A DNA stretch of 29,663 nucleotides from Candidatus Heimdallarchaeota archaeon (GTDB lineage: Archaea > Asgardarchaeota > Heimdallarchaeia > Hodarchaeales > Hodarchaeaceae). This document shows, piece by piece, positions 1 to 8,151 of the stretch; the first letter of the stretch is position 1; each line of letters starts with the position of its first letter. The notes under the pieces are model-generated. The model saw only the letters and a program-made list of their open reading frames with translations, was not told the DNA's origin and made no database searches. The stretch is from positions 1 through 29,663 of the forward strand of contig DXJL01000010.1 of the NCBI GenBank assembly GCA_019057635.1, written 5' to 3'. The position numbers were made by a program, and so were the translations under genes.

Positions 1-175
1 AAGTATACAACATATCGTAGTATATCTGTTGTTCAACCCAATCTGTTCCATCTTCTGCTGACCCTGTACGAACATTTTGCCATACCCATCCTTTTTCAGG
101 GATCAGTTTGCTTAATTCTTTCCACTCTTTCCAATCAAAGTTTTTATTATTTGGAGTTGGATGAAGTTTAGTCAT
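1..175 (-). CDS. 5' part of a gene running off the window edge, immediately downstream of the thiolase-fold gene; possibly a DUF35 (Zn-ribbon/OB-fold) partner
   Basis: ATG at 175 with GAGGTG RBS (about 184-189). The frame is open to position 1 (MTKLHPTPNNKNFDWKEWKELSKLIPEKGWVWQNVRTGSAEDGTDWVEQQIYYDMLYT). The DUF35 identity is inferred only from the common thiolase-DUF35 gene pairing. Confidence 0.6.
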   Translation of the reverse strand, partial: MTKLHPTPNNKNFDWKEWKELSKLIPEKGWVWQNVRTGSAEDGTDWVEQQIYYDMLYT

Positions 176-187
176 TTTTATTACACC

Positions 188-1456
188 TCACACTCTCTTA
201 AAGATAAAATTACTGATAGATGTACCTGTACCAGCATGAGAATTCACCAGCCCGACTTCAGCATCTTTGACCTCATTATCGGTACTTTTGTGTTCACGCG
301 GAATTAACCCTGTAAGCTGATAATAACACTCAATTGCCGACATCAATCCTGTTGCACCCACTGGATGGCCATACCCTATTAATCCTCCACCAGGATTCGT
401 CGGTATTTCTCCTTCCATCATGGGCATTTTATCCCGAATAAACTGCTTTGGTGTGGTTGATTCACACCAGCCAAGAGCATTGTATATCTGGAACTCTGAA
501 GTACTAAATGCATCGTGGACTTCTGCAACATCAATTTGTTTGTACGAATCTTTCCAGTCTATTCCAGCCATTTTATACGCAACTTCGGCAGAATGACGAC
601 AAGCTGCAAACTCACCTAACCCTGGATATCCCTCTCCATACTTTTCTGTCCATCCAGGAAACGCGTATCGATCACCAGCGCGAATGGTACATGAAGAAAG
701 ACCCGCACCAGTTATTTCTACAGAATGATCAGGTGAATATTGCTTGGCATATTTTTCATTACAAACAAGAATTGTGGCCGCTCCTTCTGACATGAAGCAG
801 CAATCCCACTTCTTCAATGGATAAGAAATCAAACGACTTGCCATTACATCATCGATTGTTAATTTTTTACCAACAGTTCGATAATGTTGTGCTTTTTCGC
901 CAGTTGCCATGGCATTATTCTTATTCTTTATGGCAATTTCCGCAAAATCTTCCTCAGTTAAGCCGTATTTCTCCATAAAAATACGGGCAAGTCCAGCATA
1001 ATAGTTAGTATAATTTGCGCCAAGCATTGCCTCATATCTCGTATCTGACGCGATAGCAATAAACTCTGAACCTTTACTCTGAGAAACTGATCCCATCAAT
1101 TCGTACCCAATTACTGGGACGACATCAGCTAGTCCTGCTCTGACCAGTGCATAAGCTGCATAAAGAGCACTACCTCCAGTATTGCCACCATTATCTATTC
1201 TAAAATGGGGTACTCCAACCAAACCCAAATGATCATGTAATATCCAATAAGAAGTTAATTGATGAGCAAAATGGACGCTAAAATGACTGTAAACCACCAT
1301 CCCGTTATCTCTTACATCCTTTAGATGAAAATTCGGAACGTCTTTATATAATTGACGAATTGTATTTGCAACAAGCTCTTCAATTTGCAGGTTTACTGGA
1401 TAATCAAAAGGAGTGGTCGTTCCTCCAGCAATATATACTTGTTGTTGTTCAGGCAT
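188..1456 (-). CDS. SCP2/SCP-x-type thiolase-fold protein (acetyl-CoA acetyltransferase family), nucleophilic Cys absent
   Basis: Motifs EVHDAF, NPGGGLIGYGHPVGATG and DCCFMSEGAA. The usual ACASG loop reads GGNTGG. GAGG RBS upstream. Confidence 0.88.
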   Translation of the reverse strand: MPEQQQVYIAGGTTTPFDYPVNLQIEELVANTIRQLYKDVPNFHLKDVRDNGMVVYSHFSVHFAHQLTSYWILHDHLGLVGVPHFRIDNGGNTGGSALYAAYALVRAGLADVVPVIGYELMGSVSQSKGSEFIAIASDTRYEAMLGANYTNYYAGLARIFMEKYGLTEEDFAEIAIKNKNNAMATGEKAQHYRTVGKKLTIDDVMASRLISYPLKKWDCCFMSEGAATILVCNEKYAKQYSPDHSVEITGAGLSSCTIRAGDRYAFPGWTEKYGEGYPGLGEFAACRHSAEVAYKMAGIDWKDSYKQIDVAEVHDAFSTSEFQIYNALGWCESTTPKQFIRDKMPMMEGEIPTNPGGGLIGYGHPVGATGLMSAIECYYQLTGLIPREHKSTDNEVKDAEVGLVNSHAGTGTSISNFIFKRV

Positions 1457-1884
1457 GATTAATCCTCTTTAATTTAATCTATAATACTTCACAGATTGTA
1501 TACAAGAGTTTTCACAAGATATAATTGGTTATTTCCTATTCAAAGAAGAGATTTTTGAATGGAAGCAAACCACATATTTACATGAGATACTCCTTATAAA
1601 AGCCTCCCTAAAGGTAATCGTAACTTGAACTACTCCTCTTTTAGTTCATTATCTGAAGATTTTTGCAGATTTCTTAATCTCTAGGTGAGTTCATTGAGTT
1701 TTATACTGGCTATTGATTCTGGTTCGACAGGCAATATTGTCTTTAGAATAACAAGTGATAATTTTCGGTTCGGAATTAGCAATTCCGTGAGAAAAATACA
1801 TTTGAGGAAGAAAATCCTTGTTATTTCATGCCTTCATAATTTCAAACCTATCGTATTTTGATCAGTGGAGAGACAACCGTGAGT

Positions 1885-2811
1885 ATGACACAATTTAGGG
1901 CAATATTAGACCTTTTACGTTTTACCCTTGGGATTTTAAGTAGTTTTGCTGTTCTCTCTGCTGGCTTTATTGTTTTTGTTCTTGAGGGGAGTAACCCCGA
2001 CTTCATTACGTTCTTATTTAATAACGGTGTGTTGGAGTGGCCAGGACTGATATTTGGTCTATTTGCTACTATGCTGCTCACTTGGGGAAACCAGGCGATT
2101 AATGACTTCTTTGATGTCGAAACCGATATAGCAAATCAACGTCTTGACCGTCCATTAGCCCGCGGAGACCTTTCGAGAAATTTTGTAAAGATTTTAACTT
2201 TTTTAATATATTTAACGGCTGTTCTCATTATAAGCGGTCTTGTATTGATTTATAAGGTAACCATTGCCCTTCTAATCTTCACGATAATATTCGTCATAAT
2301 TGGTGTAGGGTATAATTTTGGTGTCAAGCAATTAGGGTTTATCGGTAATGTCTGGGTATCTATAGGCTATGTTGCCCCATTGTTCATGGGATTTTTTTTG
2401 CTAAATCCCCAAAAAGGAATGACCATAACGGCATGCCTAATCATTCTAAACACGACACTCTTTATGAGTGTGGGACGAGAAGTGGCAAAGGACATTCAAG
2501 ACGTTCAGGGAGACAAAAAGCAGCATCTTAATTCATTAGCAGTGAAGTACGGAACAAAAATGGCAAGCATTGTTGCGACTTTCTGTTTTACTATTGCAAT
2601 AGTTTCGTCACTTGCTGCAGGAGCATTTATTTATAAGAATCTGGTATTCTGGTTTTTTGATGTTGTTTTTGCATCAATTCTAGTCTTAACGAGTTATACG
2701 ATCTTTGTAGAAAAATCTCAGGGCGGGAAAAAAGCACGAAAATACACTCGTTGGTCATTGTGGGTAGCATTAGGTGCATTCTTTTTCGGAATCTTTTTTC
2801 TTCCATCTTAA
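1885..2811 (+). CDS. UbiA-family prenyltransferase, likely digeranylgeranylglyceryl phosphate (DGGGP) synthase
   Basis: Asp-rich motifs NQAINDFFDVETD...RPLARG and REVAKDIQDVQGD; multiple TM helices. ATG 1885 is preferred over TTG 1858. Confidence 0.85.
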   Translation: MTQFRAILDLLRFTLGILSSFAVLSAGFIVFVLEGSNPDFITFLFNNGVLEWPGLIFGLFATMLLTWGNQAINDFFDVETDIANQRLDRPLARGDLSRNFVKILTFLIYLTAVLIISGLVLIYKVTIALLIFTIIFVIIGVGYNFGVKQLGFIGNVWVSIGYVAPLFMGFFLLNPQKGMTITACLIILNTTLFMSVGREVAKDIQDVQGDKKQHLNSLAVKYGTKMASIVATFCFTIAIVSSLAAGAFIYKNLVFWFFDVVFASILVLTSYTIFVEKSQGGKKARKYTRWSLWVALGAFFFGIFFLPS

Positions 2812-2829
2812 ACATTGAGGTAATCATAA

Positions 2830-4179
2830 ATGGAACATTCATTGGAAAATACATCGCAAGATAAAAAGAAAATTCATATAAAAGACGTTTTATATGTTTT
2901 CGCAGTAATTTTATTATTAGTTTCATGTTTTGATCTAGTAGGCACGATATTCGCTCTTGGTATCAGTTTTGCCAGTTATAATGAGATAATACCGTCGATA
3001 GCAGCAAATGAAACAGTATATAATTTATTACTAAATTTTGGGGCCCAAGTGGGGGCAATCATTGGATTTTTCGTTCTTTACAATTTGAAAAAAATCGAAC
3101 CAGAAGAAAAAAAGAATCCCAAAGGGCCATTTATCCAGACAACTTATGTATTACATGCATTAGATTTGGTATTCATCATAACTGTTGTTTTAGCTGTGAC
3201 TTATATTCTTGAACAAATATTGGAATTGTCAACAGAAGCTCCAGCTTCAATACAACCTACTATAACTTCACTAGGTGATCCCGTATTTATTGTACTTTTT
3301 TTTGCTGTCTTAACAATAGGAGCTCCAATCTGGGAAGAATTAGTTTTTCGTCGTACACTGATTCCAATGTTTGAGAGACGAGGTGTGGGTCAAGCATGGG
3401 CCTTAGTCTTTTCAAGTTTAATGTTCTCATTACGTCACACACCAACCGATCTTTTTGATGGATCTCTAGGATTCGCGATTTCTCATTTCTTCAGTACACT
3501 TCTCGGAGGGTTAATATTAGGGTTTTTGTATCTAAGAACAAGAAATGTGTTTTGGCCGATTTTACTTCATAGTATAACTAATACTGTTTCAGGTGTTGCG
3601 CAAATTGCTAATACTGAGCTGGAGGCAGAGCTAGAAATATCAATTGCGATGGTAGTTTCATCTTACTGGATTCTGATAGCACTAGGTGTTGGTGCTATAG
3701 CTGGAGGATATGTTTTCATACAATTAATTTCAAAAGGTCGAAGTGCGGATAAACCGATTTGGTTACAAATCATTACTGAAACCAAGAATAAAACTAGTTC
3801 AATCTTCAACTTCATTGTATTGATTTTTGCTTTTATTCTCTTCTCTGGAGCTGTCCCGCTTTTTTTCGATTTTATTTCTGATTTAATGAATCCTTCCTCA
3901 GAGATTGGGCTTTATCTAGTCTATTTGTTCCAAATTTTCTTCTTTGTCTTAGTAGTGATAATTCTTGCAGTATTTATAACCTATAAATCAGAACCAATGG
4001 TAAAACCGATCTTTGTCTCCCGTACGGTTGTAGAAAAAAGTGCTCAAGTCTTTCCTCACCAGCCAGATTTCATTCCTACAGTTATCTCTGACAACCGAGA
4101 GCGATGTTCATCATGTGGTAATATATTGTTACCAAATGCTAAGTTCTGTGCTTTCTGTGGATCAGAGCTTATAATCTAA
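2830..4179 (+). CDS. CPBP (Abi/CAAX protease type II) intramembrane protease with C-terminal zinc ribbon
   Basis: WEELVFRR (EExxxR), FSLRH (FxxxH) and HSITN (HxxxN); C-terminal CSSC...CAFCG; GAGGT RBS. Confidence 0.88.
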   Translation: MEHSLENTSQDKKKIHIKDVLYVFAVILLLVSCFDLVGTIFALGISFASYNEIIPSIAANETVYNLLLNFGAQVGAIIGFFVLYNLKKIEPEEKKNPKGPFIQTTYVLHALDLVFIITVVLAVTYILEQILELSTEAPASIQPTITSLGDPVFIVLFFAVLTIGAPIWEELVFRRTLIPMFERRGVGQAWALVFSSLMFSLRHTPTDLFDGSLGFAISHFFSTLLGGLILGFLYLRTRNVFWPILLHSITNTVSGVAQIANTELEAELEISIAMVVSSYWILIALGVGAIAGGYVFIQLISKGRSADKPIWLQIITETKNKTSSIFNFIVLIFAFILFSGAVPLFFDFISDLMNPSSEIGLYLVYLFQIFFFVLVVIILAVFITYKSEPMVKPIFVSRTVVEKSAQVFPHQPDFIPTVISDNRERCSSCGNILLPNAKFCAFCGSELII

Positions 4180-4234
4180 GATGAAAGTTCAAGTAAATGG
4201 GATCAGATCTAAAACGACGTAGTGTACGTTGGAT

Positions 4235-5788
4235 TCACTCAACCGTTGAAGCACTCGTTAGCTTAGCATACTCTTTTACTTTCCCTTCCTCACTTGTCCC
4301 CTGTAAGACAAGAACGTACTCAATACACCCTCTTGCCCGTTCCCTACGTTGCGTCATATCATCCAGATTACTAGTAATATCTAAATGGATAACCACGTCC
4401 GCTTCCTCTAAATTTAATCCCCGACCACCTACAGGAGTGAAAATCAGAACATTAACATCCTCTTTCCGAAATTGATCGAGGATGATGTGACGTGATTCTT
4501 CCTTTGTTTTACCAGAAAGATATTTAACTCCAGGATACTGTAGGGTTTCCAAAATCATCCTTAATTGATCACCCAAAGCCAAATAGCGTGTGAATAGCAG
4601 TACTTTGGCACCTCGAATGATATGTTCATGAATTATGTTTATAGCTAATTCTATTTTTGGATGAATTAATCCTCGAGTGGTAACTTCCTCTGGTTTATCA
4701 TAACGAGGTAAATCAACTCGATAGGAGATGATTTGTGAACTCACTTCTATCAATGATTGAAAGACTTCCTTATTTTCCTCTTTTTTGGTATATTTAAGAT
4801 ATTCCCCAGGAGTGCTTTCAAGGAGAAGTAAACGAGCGTGTGTTAGTTTAAAAAGCAGGGCAAAAGCATTAATTAGTTGGATGCGATCATCATTGGTGGT
4901 TACTCGATATTTGCCTAGTTTGATTGGATAAGTGCTTTGATCACCTCGTAATCGATCAAGAGCTCCTCCATATGACAGTTTGACAATTTCTAATCGACTT
5001 AGATTGGGATCAAGTATTTCTTGAATGGTTCCGACAGGCTTGGTCAATAAATTTGAAATTGTTTGATCATTCTTGATATAATCGTCCCGTACTATCGGTT
5101 TGATTTGAGTGATGGTTTCATAGGGTGATAAGTCTAAACGGGACATTTGGTGAGCGTCTTCACCAAGTACTTGCATGATAAATTGAGCTTTGTATTGATC
5201 TCTTGTCCCTGACATTGCAAGTATTGGAAAATTATTCTTTTGTTTTCGAACTTGGAATAATTCTTGGAAGTATTTCGATAAACGAAAGCCAGTCATGGAT
5301 CGGGCTAGTAGATCTGTGGCTTCATCTACAATACAAAGAGAAACATTGGCAAAAATATCAACTTTGAGACGAGATTTAATCTGAAAACGATCGTTCATGA
5401 CAGTTTGTATTGGAGAAAAGATTACTTGGGAAGCTTGGTACATTTTTAACTTTTGTGATAGATTCAATCCTTTTCCTCCAATTTGAGCATTAAAGAGATA
5501 ACCTAGTCTGGCTATAAAACCAAATTCTTTTCCCATTTCCACTGCTTGACGACATCGAAGTCCAGCTGCTTCTCTTGCGGAAGTAAAGATGAATTGCTTA
5601 CCTGGTTCGTCCAACCGAAGTTTTAACAAAACAAGAAGAGCGATAATAGTTTTTCCAGTTCCATATGGATAGTTTAACAGAATTGAACGCGATTCTTTGT
5701 AGTGGGTGAGAATTTCTTGCACCGCTTGCAATTGATAATCCCGCTGGTCAATTGTCAATCCTTGAAGTAAATTGTCCATTAACTCCAT
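4235..5788 (-). CDS. Superfamily 2 (DEAD/DEAH-box, Hef/ERCC4-related) helicase-like protein with divergent motifs
   Basis: Q-motif RDYQ, Walker A YGTGKT, motif II IVDEA, motif III MSGT, motif V VGGRGLNL, motif VI QRRERAR. Confidence 0.8.
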   Translation of the reverse strand: MELMDNLLQGLTIDQRDYQLQAVQEILTHYKESRSILLNYPYGTGKTIIALLVLLKLRLDEPGKQFIFTSAREAAGLRCRQAVEMGKEFGFIARLGYLFNAQIGGKGLNLSQKLKMYQASQVIFSPIQTVMNDRFQIKSRLKVDIFANVSLCIVDEATDLLARSMTGFRLSKYFQELFQVRKQKNNFPILAMSGTRDQYKAQFIMQVLGEDAHQMSRLDLSPYETITQIKPIVRDDYIKNDQTISNLLTKPVGTIQEILDPNLSRLEIVKLSYGGALDRLRGDQSTYPIKLGKYRVTTNDDRIQLINAFALLFKLTHARLLLLESTPGEYLKYTKKEENKEVFQSLIEVSSQIISYRVDLPRYDKPEEVTTRGLIHPKIELAINIIHEHIIRGAKVLLFTRYLALGDQLRMILETLQYPGVKYLSGKTKEESRHIILDQFRKEDVNVLIFTPVGGRGLNLEEADVVIHLDITSNLDDMTQRRERARGCIEYVLVLQGTSEEGKVKEYAKLTSASTVE

Positions 5789-5819
5789 AACAGATCAATC
5801 TCACAGGTGCTAGGGGAGT

Positions 5820-5833
5820 CACCTTTAAAAGTG
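5820..5833. promoter_or_regulatory. Candidate shared (bidirectional) TATA box for the divergent helicase and DinB genes
   Basis: Near-palindrome CAC-C-TTTAAA-A-GTG centred in the 78-bp gap, about 36 nt from each ATG (5788 and 5867). Confidence 0.45.
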
Positions 5834-5866
5834 CTTCAGTTATGAATTGATTTCGGATGTTACAAT

Positions 5867-6367
5867 ATGGAGGAACTAATCGTCACAATGCAAAAACGCC
5901 GAAAAGGCATAGTTTATTTACTGAAAATGATTCCCCTTGACATCTGGGACTGGAAACCTGGTTCTGGAATGAGGAGTACAGCTGATTTAGCGAATCATTT
6001 AGCTTCTAGTCCATTACTGCTCCTTGAATTGTTTAAAGGTGAATTAAAGTCAGGAGAAGAATTTGGTGAACTTGAAAAGCAAAACTTTCCCTTAAATGCA
6101 CAAGGTTTGGTGAAACTTTATGATGAGGGACTTGAAAAATTAATTGCATATCTTGAGGAGCATCTGGAGGATGCACGAGAGAAAAATGTGAAGTTTTTTT
6201 ATCAAGAAGAAAAATCCTCATTGTACCACGAGATATTTGACGAGATTGGTCATGAATGGTTTCATGCGGGACAAATATTCACTTATCTGAGAATAAATAA
6301 TGTTTCCGTAGATATGGGAGCCTATTACGGGTATAAGGATCCTGATGCAAGTATTCCCCCCAATTAG
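5867..6367 (+). CDS. DinB/YfiT-family protein
   Basis: WDWKP..GMRS..DLANHL at the N-terminus and HEWFHAGQIFTYLR at the C-terminus (His triad of the DinB four-helix fold). Confidence 0.85.
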   Translation: MEELIVTMQKRRKGIVYLLKMIPLDIWDWKPGSGMRSTADLANHLASSPLLLLELFKGELKSGEEFGELEKQNFPLNAQGLVKLYDEGLEKLIAYLEEHLEDAREKNVKFFYQEEKSSLYHEIFDEIGHEWFHAGQIFTYLRINNVSVDMGAYYGYKDPDASIPPN

Positions 6368-6370
6368 CTA

Positions 6371-7231
6371 CTAGCTAATATTTTGGTCAATTGATAAGGG
6401 GAAAACAAGATTGAAGGTTGATTGAGTTAGCCAACAACGGAGATTAAAATACGCAGCTATGTATTGAAAATAATGATTAATTAACCGATAGCTTTGTAAC
6501 GAAGATAAGTAGTGATCATAGGGAATACAAAAGCTAAGCCTGATCGAAACGCGGTTTATTTGTTCCAATTCAATCGTAACGGGTTCGGTTTCAAACCAGG
6601 TGAGAGTAGTAATACAAAAATTAGCCAGAAAATGTTCACTGCCATAAATAACGGGGTTTGCGTTGAAATACGGCTCATTATAGCCATTATCGGCTTGAAC
6701 ATGAAATCTGACCCTAGAAGGATCTGGAGAAGAGCTCCAGCTTTTGGAAATTACTCCTGACAAAGTAGCTGGAGATAATAAGGGAGGAGAGCTTAAAAGT
6801 TGAATAAAATCTGACGCAATTAAAGTACTCATTTTCTGTCGATGTGAGGCTGTTCTAAGGGTTTCAAATAGATAAGGAAGCGAGGAACTAGATGTTTCTT
6901 GTATCAATCGAGTTCCAAGTCCCATTATGAGGCTAGCAGTGCGTAATTCATGAATAAGGTCTTCAATCCACATTTGTTGATAGGGTAGAGGAATAGGTAA
7001 CTTTTTATGACAGGAATAAACGTTATATATTAAATGCGAATCTTCAAGAAGGTCAAAGCTTACATCCCTGGTATTTAGCTGTGATAGACGAGGGGATGAC
7101 TGGGAGGGGTTCAAACCACTTATTTCCGCAAAGGATTGCGTATAATAAAGGATTACATCATCATCCGTAATGATATAGGATTGAAACGGATTTGTAAAGG
7201 CCTTTTCAGTGGTTAATTCTTGGTGTGTAAT
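6371..7231 (-). CDS. Degenerate sensor histidine-kinase-like protein (PAS-like N-terminus, HisKA H-box, eroded HATPase)
   Basis: H-box-like DLIHELRT (HELRT at 6938-6952). The frame stays open 39 codons upstream of the track's TTG 7114 and reads FTNPFQSYIITDDDVILYYTQSFAEISGL (PAS-like). The start is uncertain (ATT 7231 or TTG 7114). Confidence 0.5.
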   Translation of the reverse strand: MTHQELTTEKAFTNPFQSYIITDDDVILYYTQSFAEISGLNPSQSSPRLSQLNTRDVSFDLLEDSHLIYNVYSCHKKLPIPLPYQQMWIEDLIHELRTASLIMGLGTRLIQETSSSSLPYLFETLRTASHRQKMSTLIASDFIQLLSSPPLLSPATLSGVISKSWSSSPDPSRVRFHVQADNGYNEPYFNANPVIYGSEHFLANFCITTLTWFETEPVTIELEQINRVSIRLSFCIPYDHYLSSLQSYRLINHYFQYIAAYFNLRCWLTQSTFNLVFPLSIDQNIS

Positions 7232-7389
7232 AGGTCATCCCCTAGTTTTCTTAGTTCGGCTTACAAGATCCCTCGTAAGACTTTCGTCTTTGTGTGATTT
7301 GCGTTCATTCTCTGTTTTAAGGATCACAATATCACACACATCGTAAATTATTGTATTGAATCTTCATTACTTTTTTTACATATGGGTAA

Positions 7390-7710
7390 TTAATTCTGTT
7401 TATTTGAACCATGATCAATATAATCACATAATACCTCTTGAAAAAAATATTTTTCATTAAACGAAAGAGGTTCCGCATCATAAGTTTTCAACGTACCTAT
7501 CTCCTTAGTTTTCATATCGAAATAGAAATTTTTCATGGTCACCTCTTTGAGTGCATCTAGGAATGAACTAACTTGAGGAAGGATTTGTTCAATATCCTCT
7601 TTAAAATAACAAATTATACCTGCTGATGTAATTTTGAAGTCGTGAATAAAAGTTACAGGTAGAAGAGCAGAAAGTAACCCACAATTAATATCAGAATTTG
7701 CAGTTAACAA
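7390..7710 (-). CDS. Hypothetical protein (106 aa)
   Basis: ORF with TTG start filling the gap between co-oriented genes; no recognised motif. Confidence 0.55.
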   Translation of the reverse strand: MLTANSDINCGLLSALLPVTFIHDFKITSAGIICYFKEDIEQILPQVSSFLDALKEVTMKNFYFDMKTKEIGTLKTYDAEPLSFNEKYFFQEVLCDYIDHGSNKQN

Positions 7711-7741
7711 AATCTCTTACATCTTTTGTTTGTTTCTTTGC

Positions 7742-7903
7742 TTAGCCACCCATTCCACCTGGAGGACCAGTTGTAGGAGGAGCTATGCCCATTGCTACTG
7801 TAATTACGAAAAAGAATATCACTGCTACCAATAACAGGTATCTATAGATATTTATTCTATTATATTTATCTAGATTCAAGCGATCTCTCATCTTAAAAAC
7901 CAT
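7742..7903 (-). CDS. Small single-pass membrane or secreted peptide with a Pro/Gly-rich tail
   Basis: Basic N-region, hydrophobic YLLLVAVIFFFVITVAM, then GIAPPTTGPPGGMGG. ATG 7903 (or 7891) is preferred to TTG 7924. Confidence 0.55.
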   Translation of the reverse strand: MVFKMRDRLNLDKYNRINIYRYLLLVAVIFFFVITVAMGIAPPTTGPPGGMGG

Positions 7904-7908
7904 TTCTA

Positions 7909-7941
7909 TCAACTCGTAGTGCAAATTAGTCTGTAATACAT
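7909..7941 (-). other. Candidate 10-codon leader ORF (MYYRLICTTS)
   Basis: AAGGAGGA (7955-7948) lies 6 nt before ATG 7941; stop TGA at 7911-7909, 5 nt before the next ATG. Confidence 0.35.
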
Positions 7942-8151
7942 TTAGGATCCTCCTTAACCCTGTAGATAAAATTAATGAATGAAGAAAAATGCATAAAATA
8001 TAGCTAGTTTGTTTCTTTTAAAATCATAATATAATTAGTAAAGAAGGTCATCAATCTGTCCCAAGACGAAACTGCAAACTCGATTAGTACAACAAGCAGA
8101 TCATCCATTATTAAAGATTTTCTCACTTATTGGAAGAGTGTAAAAGATTTA

